Shown one piece after another: positions 9,037 to 18,412 of a stretch of 22,215 nucleotides of DNA (positions are counted from its first letter, which is position 1; every line of letters starts with the position of its first letter). Source of the stretch: a virus; the UHGV virus genome UHGV-0087471. One strand, 5' to 3'. A program made the position numbers and the translations under genes. The notes under the pieces are model-generated. The model searched no databases, had not been told where the DNA came from, and saw nothing but the letters and a program-made list of their open reading frames with translations.

Positions 9037-9393
9037 ATGGCAAGACCACCGAAAGCCCCCGCCTACCTGGATGATATCGCCGTGAAGCAGTGGCGGGAAA
9101 AATCGCGGCAGCTTGCGGAACGGGGAGACCTGACCCCCGCCGACTGGAGCAATCTGGAACTGTATTGCGTCAACTACTCCATTTACCGGAAAGCCGTTGC
9201 AGACCTTGCGGCGCGCGGGTTCAGCATTGTTAACAGTCAGGGCGGCGAGAGCAGAAACCCCGCATTAAGCGCAAAATCCGACGCTGAAAGAGTGATGATA
9301 AAAATGGCCTCCTTGCTCGGTTTTGACCCGATAAGCCGCCGTAAAAATCCACCGGAAACAGAAGAAGAGGACGAGCTTGACCGCCTGGAATAA
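9037..9393 (+). CDS. terS: Terminase small subunit (P27-family-like, 118 aa)
   Basis: Sequence pattern (W...L..G.L...D...L..YC..Y..Y..A...L...G......G....NP) and position immediately upstream of and overlapping the large terminase gene. Confidence 0.75.
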   Translation: MARPPKAPAYLDDIAVKQWREKSRQLAERGDLTPADWSNLELYCVNYSIYRKAVADLAARGFSIVNSQGGESRNPALSAKSDAERVMIKMASLLGFDPISRRKNPPETEEEDELDRLE

Positions 9394-11038
9394 GTACGCA
9401 GAAGACGTAAAAACGGGCAAAATTCCGGCCTGTAAACGGCTGAAACAGGCCGTTAAACGGTACTTTTCGGACCTTGAAAGCCCCCTTTACACGTTCGATC
9501 GTGAGGTTGTGGAGCGGTTTATTGCCTTTTCCAGGGTGTGCGCGCACGTAAAAGGGCCGATGCGTGGCAGACCCATTGAGCTGGAGCCGTGGCAGCAGTT
9601 CGCCTTTGCGTGCATCCTCGGCTTTAAGGTTAAGGCCACCGGACGGCGCAAATACACGAGCGCCTTTATCGAAGTGCCGCGCAAAAATGCGAAATCCACG
9701 ACCGCCGCGATTCTGGCTAACTGGTTTCTGATTATGGAGAACGGTCAGCAGGATATCTACACCGCAGCGGTGAGCCGTGACCAGGCGCGGATCGTCTTTG
9801 ATGATGCGCGTCAGATGTGCCTTTTATCCCGACCGTTACGCAGGCGGGTGAATATTCAGGCGCATAAGGTGATACACCCGAAAACCAACAGCCTGTTAAA
9901 GCCACTGGCAGCAAAAGCGGCAACCATTGAGGGGACAAACCCGAGTCTTGCCATTGTGGATGAATATCACCTGCACCCAGACAACGGGGTTTATTCCGCA
10001 CTTGATATGGGGATGGGCGCACGTCCCGAAGGGCTGTTATTTGCCATTACCACATCGGGCAGTAACGTCGTTTCAGCCTGTAAGCAGCACTATGATTATT
10101 GCTGCCAGATCCTGGACGGCGAAGAGGTCAACGATTCAATTTTTGTACTGATTTACGAACTGGACGACGAAAACGAGGTTGATGATCCGGCGATGTGGAT
10201 AAAGGCTAACCCTAACATCGATGTTTCCGTCGATCGTGAAAAACTGGCCTCAACCATCCAGAAAGCGCGGGGTATTCCGTCGCAATGGGTGGAAATGCTC
10301 ACCAAGCGATTCAATATCTGGTGTCAGGGGGCTACGCCGTGGATGGGTAACGGTGCATGGGCGGAGTGTGCCGGAACGTTCGCGGAGGCGGATTTATACG
10401 GGCAGGAGTGCTACGCGGGGCTGGACTTATCATCAACCAGCGATATTTCCAGCGTGTGCTATGCCTTCCCGGTCGGTAAAAAGATTATGCTGGTTTCCCG
10501 TCACTATCTGCCGGAATTTCAGCTACAGAATCCCGCCAATAAAAACCGCGCCATCTATCGCCAGTGGGTAAAGGCGGGCTGGATACGCACAACACCGGGT
10601 GACTGCATTGATTATGACCGTATCCGTGATGACATCATGGCGGATGCAGAGAATTTCAATATCAGGCTGGTGGGCTTCGATACATGGAACGCCACGCACC
10701 TGAGGACGCAGTTACAGGGCGCAGGATTTGAGGTGGAGCCGTTCCCGCAAACCTACCTCAGATTCAGTCCGGCGGCGAAATCGTTCGAAGTTTTTGTTAA
10801 CCGGAAGGTGATTGTGCATCGTGGTGATCCGGTGCTGGCCTGGTCAATGAGTAATGTTGTGATGCAGAGTGACGCGAACGCCAATATCAAGCCGAACAAG
10901 AAAAAATCATCCAACAAGATAGACCCGAGCGTTGCGGCGCTGATGGCGTTTGGCACATTCCAGGCAGAGCACGAGGACTTTGCATTCGATATGAGCGACA
11001 GCCACAAAGAGCGGCTTGCGGCGTTTGATGGGGTATGA
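9377..11038 (+). CDS. terL: Terminase large subunit (553 aa)
   Basis: Large ORF with terminase-type ATPase N-terminal half and nuclease C-terminal half; appears to start with TTG at 9377 (GAGGA 6 nt upstream), overlapping terS. Confidence 0.9.
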   Translation: MTAWNKYAEDVKTGKIPACKRLKQAVKRYFSDLESPLYTFDREVVERFIAFSRVCAHVKGPMRGRPIELEPWQQFAFACILGFKVKATGRRKYTSAFIEVPRKNAKSTTAAILANWFLIMENGQQDIYTAAVSRDQARIVFDDARQMCLLSRPLRRRVNIQAHKVIHPKTNSLLKPLAAKAATIEGTNPSLAIVDEYHLHPDNGVYSALDMGMGARPEGLLFAITTSGSNVVSACKQHYDYCCQILDGEEVNDSIFVLIYELDDENEVDDPAMWIKANPNIDVSVDREKLASTIQKARGIPSQWVEMLTKRFNIWCQGATPWMGNGAWAECAGTFAEADLYGQECYAGLDLSSTSDISSVCYAFPVGKKIMLVSRHYLPEFQLQNPANKNRAIYRQWVKAGWIRTTPGDCIDYDRIRDDIMADAENFNIRLVGFDTWNATHLRTQLQGAGFEVEPFPQTYLRFSPAAKSFEVFVNRKVIVHRGDPVLAWSMSNVVMQSDANANIKPNKKKSSNKIDPSVAALMAFGTFQAEHEDFAFDMSDSHKERLAAFDGV

Positions 11039-11328
11039 CGAGAATGAGCGAAACCGAACTACTAAAAATAATCCGCCGTGTTACCGGAGCCAGCCAGACA
11101 GCAGACAAACAGGAGGCCACGCAGCCGGACAGCGTGATAGCCGAAAATTACGCGCGTGTGGTGGCTGAGGTGATGCGCCGTGACGGTATTGAGCTTAACG
11201 GCGTGGATATGCGCAACATACGAACCAGAGTCCTTGAGTTGCTGGCATACCGTCGCCGTTCTCAACAACGGAGGGAGAGCGCGAAAAATACTTATCAGTG
11301 GAAGAAGCCGGAACGGTTGCGGCGGTAA
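11035..11328 (+). CDS. Hypothetical protein (97 aa), last gene of packaging module
   Basis: ATG 11035 overlaps terL stop (ATGA); basic C-terminus; no recognisable motif. Confidence 0.4.
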   Translation: MTRMSETELLKIIRRVTGASQTADKQEATQPDSVIAENYARVVAEVMRRDGIELNGVDMRNIRTRVLELLAYRRRSQQRRESAKNTYQWKKPERLRR

Positions 11329-12254
11329 CTTGCAGATATTCCCGATAACGTAAAATTGCGTTGGCTGGCAGAGTGCAAATTTGCACGATGGCCTAACCCA
11401 TTGATTGTTTCGGAAACCTCAATTTGAGGAGGCCGGACAGCGTGACGGAGGGTGACAACCAGTGACACGCCGTGACAAAAAGACGGTTTAACCATCCATT
11501 AAAAATCGACGTGATTTTGTGCTTTCCGTATGAGGTGGCCAGCGTCATTTTTTAGTGAGAAATTCTGGTCAGGGGCGTTGGCTGAATGGTTATTTTATCG
11601 TGCCCATGCACAGGGAGGGGGCGGGTAAAATCTCTGGAGGTGATGCCTGTCAGGACCGCCGCCTGACCCTTCCTCACATCGCCGCAGGTTCGAAAACTTT
11701 TTTTGTGTCAGGTGCGCACGGAATTGATAGATAAAACCTATATTAAAAAATCACGGAAGCCGTGCCATTGCTGGAGCAGTCAAAAATTCCACATCTCACG
11801 GCAGGCAAAAAAAGCGAATTTTGGGCCAGTTGAGGATAAAAAAGGGCTCACTAGTTTTGCACATCCTGGTATCGGGGTCGTCAGCCTCCCGCCAGTAACT
11901 AGGTAACTAATCACGCTGGTGGGCATGATGCCGATGCCGGGATCTCGGTATCGGTTTATCTGTGATCATCCACCAGCTTGATGACAGATAACAGGGAGTC
12001 ATAACGGTTAAAGCGTGTTGATCTTTGTTCGTGGTTGTTCGATATTGTTCGTAAAGCGGTGTAGTTAATGGTGTAGTTAATTTCGCTGTTTTTGACGAGC
12101 TTATCATTTGCAACGCAATGAAAAACAAAGACTAATTAACAAAATGCTATAAATGATAGTTATCTATCATGTGGAGTAGATTGGTCAGGCAAATAAGCTC
12201 TTGTCAGCGGCAGGGCGTTCTGCCGATAACCGTAACCGAAGATGATAACTGACA

Positions 12255-12575
12255 ATGGGTAAAACGAACGACTGGCTGGACTTTGATCAACTGGCGGAAG
12301 AAAAAGTTCGCGACGCGCTAAAACCGCCATCTATGTATAAAGTGATATTAGTCAATGATGATTATACTCCGATGGAGTTTGTTATTGATGTGTTACAAAA
12401 ATTCTTTTCTTATGATGTAGAACGTGCAACGCAATTGATGCTCGCTGTTCACTACCAGGGGAAGGCCATTTGCGGAGTCTTTACCGCTGAGGTTGCAGAA
12501 ACCAAAGTGGCGATGGTGAACAAGTACGCGAGGGAGAATGAGCATCCATTGCTGTGTACGCTAGAAAAAGCCTGA
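12255..12575 (+). CDS. clpS: ATP-dependent Clp protease adaptor ClpS
   Basis: 106-aa translation recognised as E. coli ClpS ([43 protein letters not shown]...). Confidence 0.97.
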
Positions 12576-12605
12576 ATGCAGGCATAAAAATTGGGGGAGG
12601 TGCCT

Positions 12606-14882
12606 ATGCTCAATCAAGAACTGGAACTCAGTTTAAATATGGCTTTCGCCAGAGCGCGCGAGCACCGTCATGAGTTTATGACCGTCGAGCACTTGTTACT
12701 GGCGCTGCTCAGTAACCCATCTGCCCGGGAGGCGCTGGAAGCGTGTTCTGTAGATTTGGTTGCGCTCCGTCAGGAACTGGAAGCCTTTATTGAACAAACC
12801 ACACCCGTTCTGCCTGCCAGTGAAGAGGAGCGCGACACACAGCCGACGTTGAGTTTTCAGCGTGTACTGCAACGTGCGGTCTTCCATGTCCAGTCCTCCG
12901 GTCGCAATGAGGTTACCGGTGCAAACGTTCTGGTCGCTATCTTTAGCGAACAGGAGTCGCAGGCGGCATATCTGTTGCGCAAACATGAAGTCAGCCGTCT
13001 CGATGTGGTGAACTTTATCTCTCATGGCACGCGTAAAGACGAGCCGACACAGTCTTCTGATCCTGGCAGCCAGCCAAACAGCGAAGAACAAGCTGGTGGG
13101 GAGGAACGTATGGAGAATTTCACGACGAACCTGAATCAGCTTGCGCGAGTGGGCGGAATCGACCCACTAATTGGTCGTGAGAAGGAGCTGGAGCGTGCTA
13201 TTCAGGTTCTCTGCCGTCGCCGTAAAAACAACCCGCTGCTGGTGGGGGAGTCTGGTGTCGGTAAAACCGCGATTGCGGAGGGGCTTGCATGGCGAATTGT
13301 TCAGGGCGATGTGCCGGAAGTGATGGCTGACTGTACGATTTACTCTCTCGATATCGGTTCCCTGTTAGCGGGCACAAAATATCGCGGCGACTTTGAAAAA
13401 CGTTTTAAAGCGTTGCTCAAGCAGCTGGAGCAGGACACTAACAGCATCCTGTTTATTGATGAGATCCACACCATTATCGGTGCGGGTGCAGCGTCTGGTG
13501 GCCAGGTCGATGCGGCTAACCTGATTAAACCGTTGCTCTCCAGCGGTAAAATCCGCGTAATTGGTTCGACAACCTATCAGGAGTTCAGCAACATTTTCGA
13601 GAAAGACCGTGCTCTGGCGCGTCGCTTCCAGAAAATTGATATTACTGAACCGTCAATCGAAGAAACTGTTCAAATCATCAATGGCCTGAAACCGAAGTAT
13701 GAAGCGCACCACGACGTGCGTTATACCGCAAAAGCGGTGCGTGCGGCGGTAGAGCTGGCGGTGAAATACATTAACGATCGTCATCTGCCGGATAAAGCGA
13801 TTGATGTTATCGACGAAGCGGGCGCTCGCGCACGTCTGATGCCGGTAAGCAAACGCAAGAAAACCGTTAATGTGGCGGATATTGAATCCGTGGTGGCCCG
13901 TATTGCACGCATTCCAGAGAAGAGTGTTTCTCAGAGTGACCGCGATACCCTGAAAAACCTCGGCGATCGCCTGAAAATGCTGGTCTTCGGTCAGGATAAA
14001 GCCATTGAGGCGCTGACTGAAGCCATTAAGATGGCGCGTGCAGGTTTAGGTCACGAACATAAACCGGTCGGTTCGTTCCTGTTTGCCGGCCCTACTGGGG
14101 TCGGGAAAACAGAGGTGACGGTACAGCTTTCGAAAGCGTTGGGCATTGAGCTTCTGCGCTTTGATATGTCCGAGTATATGGAACGCCATACCGTCAGCCG
14201 TCTGATTGGTGCGCCTCCGGGATACGTTGGTTTTGATCAGGGCGGTTTGCTGACTGATGCGGTCATCAAGCATCCACATGCGGTGCTGCTGCTGGACGAA
14301 ATCGAGAAAGCGCACCCGGACGTGTTCAATATTCTGTTGCAGGTGATGGATAACGGTACGCTGACCGATAACAACGGACGCAAAGCGGACTTCCGTAACG
14401 TGGTGCTGGTGATGACCACTAATGCCGGGGTACGGGAAACTGAGCGCAAATCCATTGGTCTTATCCACCAGGATAACAGCACCGATGCGATGGAAGAGAT
14501 CAAGAAGATCTTTACACCGGAATTCCGTAACCGTCTCGACAACATTATCTGGTTCGATCATCTGTCAACCGACGTGATCCATCAGGTGGTGGATAAATTC
14601 ATCGTCGAGTTGCAGGTTCAGTTGGATCAGAAAGGTGTTTCTCTGGAAGTGAGCCAGGAAGCGCGTAACTGGCTGGCCGAGAAAGGTTACGACCGGGCAA
14701 TGGGCGCACGTCCGATGGCGCGTGTCATCCAGGACAACCTGAAAAAACCGCTCGCCAACGAACTGCTGTTTGGTTCGCTGGTGGACGGCGGTCAGGTCAC
14801 CGTCGCGCTGGATAAAGAGAAAAATGAGCTGACTTACGGATTCCAGAGTGCACAAAAGCACAAGGCGGAAGCAGCGCATTAA
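12606..14882 (+). CDS. clpA: ATP-dependent Clp protease ATP-binding subunit ClpA
   Basis: 758-aa translation recognised as ClpA (two AAA+ modules; Walker A GESGVGKT and GPTGVGKT). Start set to ATG 12606 with GGGGGAGG RBS rather than upstream TTG 12591. Confidence 0.97.
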   Translation: MLNQELELSLNMAFARAREHRHEFMTVEHLLLALLSNPSAREALEACSVDLVALRQELEAFIEQTTPVLPASEEERDTQPTLSFQRVLQRAVFHVQSSGRNEVTGANVLVAIFSEQESQAAYLLRKHEVSRLDVVNFISHGTRKDEPTQSSDPGSQPNSEEQAGGEERMENFTTNLNQLARVGGIDPLIGREKELERAIQVLCRRRKNNPLLVGESGVGKTAIAEGLAWRIVQGDVPEVMADCTIYSLDIGSLLAGTKYRGDFEKRFKALLKQLEQDTNSILFIDEIHTIIGAGAASGGQVDAANLIKPLLSSGKIRVIGSTTYQEFSNIFEKDRALARRFQKIDITEPSIEETVQIINGLKPKYEAHHDVRYTAKAVRAAVELAVKYINDRHLPDKAIDVIDEAGARARLMPVSKRKKTVNVADIESVVARIARIPEKSVSQSDRDTLKNLGDRLKMLVFGQDKAIEALTEAIKMARAGLGHEHKPVGSFLFAGPTGVGKTEVTVQLSKALGIELLRFDMSEYMERHTVSRLIGAPPGYVGFDQGGLLTDAVIKHPHAVLLLDEIEKAHPDVFNILLQVMDNGTLTDNNGRKADFRNVVLVMTTNAGVRETERKSIGLIHQDNSTDAMEEIKKIFTPEFRNRLDNIIWFDHLSTDVIHQVVDKFIVELQVQLDQKGVSLEVSQEARNWLAEKGYDRAMGARPMARVIQDNLKKPLANELLFGSLVDGGQVTVALDKEKNELTYGFQSAQKHKAEAAH

Positions 14883-15094
14883 TCTGATTGTCTGGTAGGT
14901 TGGTGAAGTCCGTAATCTCGTCAGGGGTTACGGACTTTTTATTTATGGGGGGAGGAGGTTCAGACCCTTTTTTTGATGATGATGGTAAGTTATTGATAAT
15001 TAGTGCTGCGGGTAGGTAAGGATAAAAAAGGGTGGCAGCAGGAGATTGAGATGGTTTTGCTTTATTAACAACGGGCTAAACGTGTAGTATTTGA

Positions 15095-15182
15095 GTTCAC
15101 TGCCGTACAGGCAGCTTAGAAATTGCCGCGGATCCTGTCTGCCAATAATGACAAGTTCACTGCCGTACAGGCAGATAAAATG
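15095..15182 (+). CRISPR. Minimal orphan type I-F CRISPR array (2 repeats, 1 spacer)
   Basis: Repeat 1 GTTCACTGCCGTACAGGCAGCTTAGAAA (15095..15122) matches the canonical I-F repeat; 32-bp spacer TTGCCGCGGATCCTGTCTGCCAATAATGACAA (15123..15154); repeat 2 (15155..15182) degenerate at its 3' end. No cas genes in window. Confidence 0.8.
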
Positions 15183-15184
15183 CG

Positions 15185-15212
15185 AAAAAAAAGCCCGTAC
15201 TTTCGTACGAGC
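15185..15212 (-). terminator. Intrinsic terminator of serW
   Basis: On the minus strand, GCUCGUAC-GAAA-GUACGGGC hairpin followed by U8, 14 nt downstream of the tRNA 3' end. Confidence 0.55.
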
Positions 15213-15225
15213 TCTTCTTTAAATA

Positions 15226-15313
15226 TGGCGGTGAGGGGGGGATTCGAACCCCCGATACGTTGCCGTATACACACTTTCCAGGCGTGCTCCTTCAGCCACT
15301 CGGACACCTCACC
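15226..15313 (-). tRNA. serW: tRNA-Ser (anticodon GGA)
   Basis: 88-nt sequence GGTGAGGTGTCCGAGTGGCTGAAGGAGCACGCCTGGAAAGTGTG...GGTTCGAATCCCCCCCTCACCGCCA on minus strand; long variable arm, encoded CCA; clpA-serW gap (344 bp) matches my recollection of E. coli K-12. Confidence 0.95.
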
Positions 15314-15356
15314 AAATTGTTTTTTTGCCTGACCTCATGGGGGGCAACGGGGCGCT

Positions 15357-15385
15357 ACTATAGGGAGTTGGAATAAAACGGTCAA
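15357..15385 (-). promoter_or_regulatory. Putative sigma70 promoter of serW
   Basis: On minus strand TTGACC (-35, 15385..15380), 17-nt spacer, TATAGT (-10, 15362..15357), about 40 nt upstream of the mature tRNA 5' end. Confidence 0.4.
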
Positions 15386-15678
15386 GAAGAATTTTTATGA
15401 TAATTATTGTTTGCTCATACTGTAAACAAGTTGTGCAGTATATCTACATCTGATGCGCCGCGCGATAAATAAGCCGCAATCCGTGAGATAAATGGACACA
15501 GTGCGGCTTTTCAGATACGGAAAAGGAATTACAGATTATCAGTCGTAAGCAACCCACGCTTACTGGCAAGGATGGTTTACAATGCTGAAAGCGCCTCCCG
15601 GCAATACCGCCAATCATCACTCAAACAGAAAAAATTATTGCTCATGGTTCACTCCGGTAATGAATCGTTTTACAGGCG

Positions 15679-16272
15679 TCATTCGGTCATGGAAAGATTG
15701 CTGATTTCGGTAATCCCGGCAATTTCCTCGCTGACGGATTTCAGTTCGATTTCCAGCTTGGTGCGTTCGTTGACCAGCGCAGCTACGGTCTTACGGCGGT
15801 CTGCCAGTGACGGAAGGTTGTCATTGCCCCACGCCACGCTTTTATCCTTTTTGAGCGCTTCGGTCAGGCGGGTGGCGACCACATCCGGGAAGAAAAAGCA
15901 TAACTTACGCATAACCGTCATCCCGACATCAGCCAGGGGGACATTCCCGCTCAGTCCCACCAGACGGAACAGACCAGAAATATCACCATTCTCATTTTCC
16001 AGATTACCCCAGCGTTCGGCGTTCCCTTCACTGCCGGAACCGTTGCAAAGAGCAAGCTTGAATGACTGATATTCTTCCTGCCCGAATCGCTCAATATATT
16101 CAGGAATAAAGGAACAGTAATCATTAAGCGATAATGGCATATCCTGTAATGTGGTTATTTCACTGTTAATCTCTCCAATTCGGCGGGAGAGCTTTTCTTT
16201 CTGCTCATTCAGGGAGGCAAGATTATTTTTAACGGCGTTCAGTGCTTCGATAAGGGAAATAACAGGTTTCAT
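15679..16272 (-). CDS. Hypothetical coiled-coil protein (197 aa), scaffold-like
   Basis: Start ATG 16272 with GGAG RBS, 1 nt after stop of upstream gene; N- and C-terminal heptad-like segments (LIEALNAVKNNLASLNEQKEKLSRRIGEINSEITTLQ; KTVAALVNERTKLEIELKSVSEEIAGI). Function inferred only from composition. Confidence 0.55.
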   Translation of the reverse strand: MKPVISLIEALNAVKNNLASLNEQKEKLSRRIGEINSEITTLQDMPLSLNDYCSFIPEYIERFGQEEYQSFKLALCNGSGSEGNAERWGNLENENGDISGLFRLVGLSGNVPLADVGMTVMRKLCFFFPDVVATRLTEALKKDKSVAWGNDNLPSLADRRKTVAALVNERTKLEIELKSVSEEIAGITEISNLSMTE

Positions 16273-16273
16273 T

Positions 16274-16888
16274 TTAATAACTCCAGATGAAAGGCGTGGT
16301 GAGGGCGAGCGCTTCAGAATAGGAGACATTGCAGGCTGCACTTACGTCCTTTATTAAAAGGTGCTGTGCTGCCCTCTGACTGTCTGCTATGCCGTCAAAC
16401 TCTGAAAAATGAACGTGTGATTCATTGTGATAAAAGCAAACCGGGTAACAGCTTTCCATAAATTCTACCTGCGCCAGTCCCTTTACTGCTGGAGGCTGTG
16501 AGCCGAGAAAACCGATATGCTGAAGATACCAGGCACCGATTCCTGCCGGGTTGTTCGCTTCGCCGGGTCTATAAAATGCCGCAGACACTTTCCTGTAACG
16601 CCCTGCGCGTACCAGTCCCAGCAGGGTTTCATCAGGCTTAACCAGCGCGAAAAGCCTGCCGTTTTTACTTATCAGCCCAGTTGTTTCACCATAAGATGGG
16701 CTGTTGCTGGCCGGATGTCCAATACACAGCGGCGCACCATAACCCGCACGATGATAGCCGTTATAGGCTGCCGCCATGTTGTCGATATCCTCGTCGGAAA
16801 AGGCAATTTCCTGCCCAGCCATCGTGATATGCGTTCCCGCCCGGAATATCTCGATAGTTTTCCAGTTGCCAATATCGATATCTTTCAT
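16274..16888 (-). CDS. Hypothetical protein (204 aa); weak resemblance to phage prohead proteases (HK97 / Mu gpI-like)
   Basis: Start codon overlaps stop of upstream Mor-like gene. By-eye motif similarity to the satellite's own HK97 protease: His-containing CIGHP, then GLISKNGRLFALVKPDETLLGLV...KVSAAFYR paralleling GTLVLTEDNTGLRFELTPPDTQLG...TGMSFGFR. Unverified. Confidence 0.5.
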   Translation of the reverse strand: MKDIDIGNWKTIEIFRAGTHITMAGQEIAFSDEDIDNMAAAYNGYHRAGYGAPLCIGHPASNSPSYGETTGLISKNGRLFALVKPDETLLGLVRAGRYRKVSAAFYRPGEANNPAGIGAWYLQHIGFLGSQPPAVKGLAQVEFMESCYPVCFYHNESHVHFSEFDGIADSQRAAQHLLIKDVSAACNVSYSEALALTTPFIWSY

Positions 16889-16889
16889 T

Positions 16890-17423
16890 TTAAATTACCC
16901 CATATTTCGCATCGCGCTGTATTTTATTTTTCTTGCGTTCGGCGGCTATAATCTGATAAATACACTGAATGGAACGCTTGTATTTTTTTGATAGTTCAAA
17001 AATAGAGATACCCTGATAAAAATCAGCCAGTATTTTTGAGTTCCTGTCGAAAGTGTTTTTTGATGCGCCCATAGGGATATATATATTCCCCCTGAAAAAT
17101 GTATTCCTGAGACATTCAGTGATGGCAGGAGAAAGTTTTTCGGCTTGCGAACAGAGGTAAGGTATGGTTCCTAATGTCTGCTCAATAGATTCAGTCAGCT
17201 CCTGTAGGAAGCGAACTGCCTTAGGTGCTCTTTCTCGGTGTTCAGCCATATACCCCTGGCAGCCACCAAGGTTATCAGAGATACCCAACACAATATGATT
17301 AGCCGCACTGCAGGACTGTTGCCGTGAATACCCTTTGTTGATCAGAAACACTTCTATAGCATCGCCCATTGCCCCCAAAGTATCGGATGAAGCATACAAT
17401 CCTTCTCTTGTAATCATAATCAC
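16890..17423 (-). CDS. Mor/C-family transcriptional activator-like protein (177 aa)
   Basis: C-terminal region GNIYIPMG...FDRNSKILADFYQGISIFELSKKYKRSIQCIYQIIAAERKK resembles the Mu Mor motif (G.VYIP.G ... DF.G.N..EL...Y......Y.I) with a C-terminal HTH; identification from remembered family signature, not a search. Confidence 0.5.
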   Translation of the reverse strand: MIMITREGLYASSDTLGAMGDAIEVFLINKGYSRQQSCSAANHIVLGISDNLGGCQGYMAEHRERAPKAVRFLQELTESIEQTLGTIPYLCSQAEKLSPAITECLRNTFFRGNIYIPMGASKNTFDRNSKILADFYQGISIFELSKKYKRSIQCIYQIIAAERKKNKIQRDAKYGVI

Positions 17424-17657
17424 ACCTCGTCAACGATAAATATGCGCACATAAAGCCTTTATAAAGCTTTATGAGGTGCATTACTGGTGTCATTCCATGA
17501 TGCACACCACCAACAACCAAAAACGCCTTACAGAGCATTTCAATGTGTGTTATTAATGTGGATTAAGAATATGGTTTTGGGGCGAGAATGTTTTTTAATG
17601 TACTTTAGATATGACGAAGCCCCTCAAAGGAGGGGCGAGGCGGAAAACTATTTATAA

Positions 17658-17936
17658 CTATTCCTTACTCTCCTGATCAAGACGATTACCTATCAGGTTA
17701 ATCATTGCCATTGCATCAGATAGCAGGATACTGTTAACAAGTGCTAAGGGCGTCTGTGTTGATTTATCATCAACGGCAACAGAAAGTTCATCATTCAGGC
17801 GACGAACGGCCTCAAGACGGCTAAAGGCGGCTTCCCATATTTCTGTACTCGGGGCATCAGCATTAACAAACAAAACATCGTAAGACGTTCCCTGAGACTC
17901 ATGAGGACAGGCTATGAAATTAGCAGTAGCTTTCAT
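17658..17936 (-). CDS. Hypothetical acidic protein (92 aa)
   Basis: ORF whose start overlaps the stop of the upstream gene (ATGA at 17933..17936); no recognisable motif. Confidence 0.45.
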   Translation of the reverse strand: MKATANFIACPHESQGTSYDVLFVNADAPSTEIWEAAFSRLEAVRRLNDELSVAVDDKSTQTPLALVNSILLSDAMAMINLIGNRLDQESKE

Positions 17937-18412
17937 TTTGCAGTCCTCCGGTTAATTATAAATTTATTATAAATTTCATAACTTGCGGCATTCAGTCCTG
18001 GACTGTATTTATCTGCCAGTGAACAGGCAATGAATTCTTCAATCGATTTAGTCAGTATATCAAGCTCAGTTGTTCCGGAATAACGCAAGGCCACTCGAAA
18101 TAATTCTCGGCAGTATGTTTTTTTATGGTCAATATTTTGTAACTGCTGTTGCGGTATATCACGACGTTCAAATATATTAACAAATGCATTAAGCGGGAAG
18201 CTATGATTTGCCTGCGGATATTGCTCATAGGAAAACACCACAGTATTACCGTTGCATTCTTTAACAATTGCATTCATACCGCTGTTAATTTCAATATACC
18301 ACTCTCCTATACATGGAGGATTGATAGCTTCGCTCTGTGCCTTGATTAAAGGTAAGCGGATAGTATCCACTTGGTTTGTTGCAACTGAATCGTTAGACTT
18401 GTCGTTAGCCAT
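17933..18412 (-). CDS. Hypothetical protein (159 aa)
   Basis: Start ATG 18412 with AGGA RBS about 9 nt upstream (longest ORF extends to 18430); first gene of the minus-strand cluster; no recognisable motif. Confidence 0.45.
   Translation of the reverse strand: MANDKSNDSVATNQVDTIRLPLIKAQSEAINPPCIGEWYIEINSGMNAIVKECNGNTVVFSYEQYPQANHSFPLNAFVNIFERRDIPQQQLQNIDHKKTYCRELFRVALRYSGTTELDILTKSIEEFIACSLADKYSPGLNAASYEIYNKFIINRRTAK

Larger units (their letters stand above)
1..11700 (+). mobile_element. Partial capsid-forming phage satellite (cf-PICI-like island); integrase/left end outside window, right boundary approximate
   Basis: Co-linear replication module (primase, iterons, SSB) plus a complete head and DNA-packaging module (capsid, protease, portal, connector, HNH, TerS, TerL) with no tail, baseplate or lysis genes; island ends 0.5-0.9 kb upstream of clpS where cspD would be expected. 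Right boundary not mapped. Confidence 0.55.

Noticed and set aside
11680-11700. GCAGGTTCGAAAAC resembling a tRNA T-loop near the island's right end
   Set aside because: No complementary T-stem, acceptor stem or anticodon arm can be formed; not a tRNA. At most a vestigial att-like fragment.
11907-12128. 73-aa minus-strand ORF where cspD would sit upstream of clpS
   Set aside because: Translation is not CspD and shows no cold-shock-domain pattern; low-complexity. cspD is absent from the window, consistent with the island lying between cspD and clpS.
12591-12605. Upstream TTG start for clpA given by the ORF track
   Set aside because: The ATG at 12606 has the GGGGGAGG RBS and gives the canonical 758-aa ClpA N-terminus ([11 protein letters not shown]).
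14046-14561. 171-aa minus-strand ORF (and others) inside clpA
   Set aside because: Antisense ORFs within a highly conserved gene; artefacts of codon bias.
15572-16069. 165-aa + strand ORF (also 16517..16951) overlapping the minus-strand operon
   Set aside because: Antisense to tightly coupled, RBS-supported minus-strand genes; Ser/Leu/Arg-rich translations typical of shadow frames.
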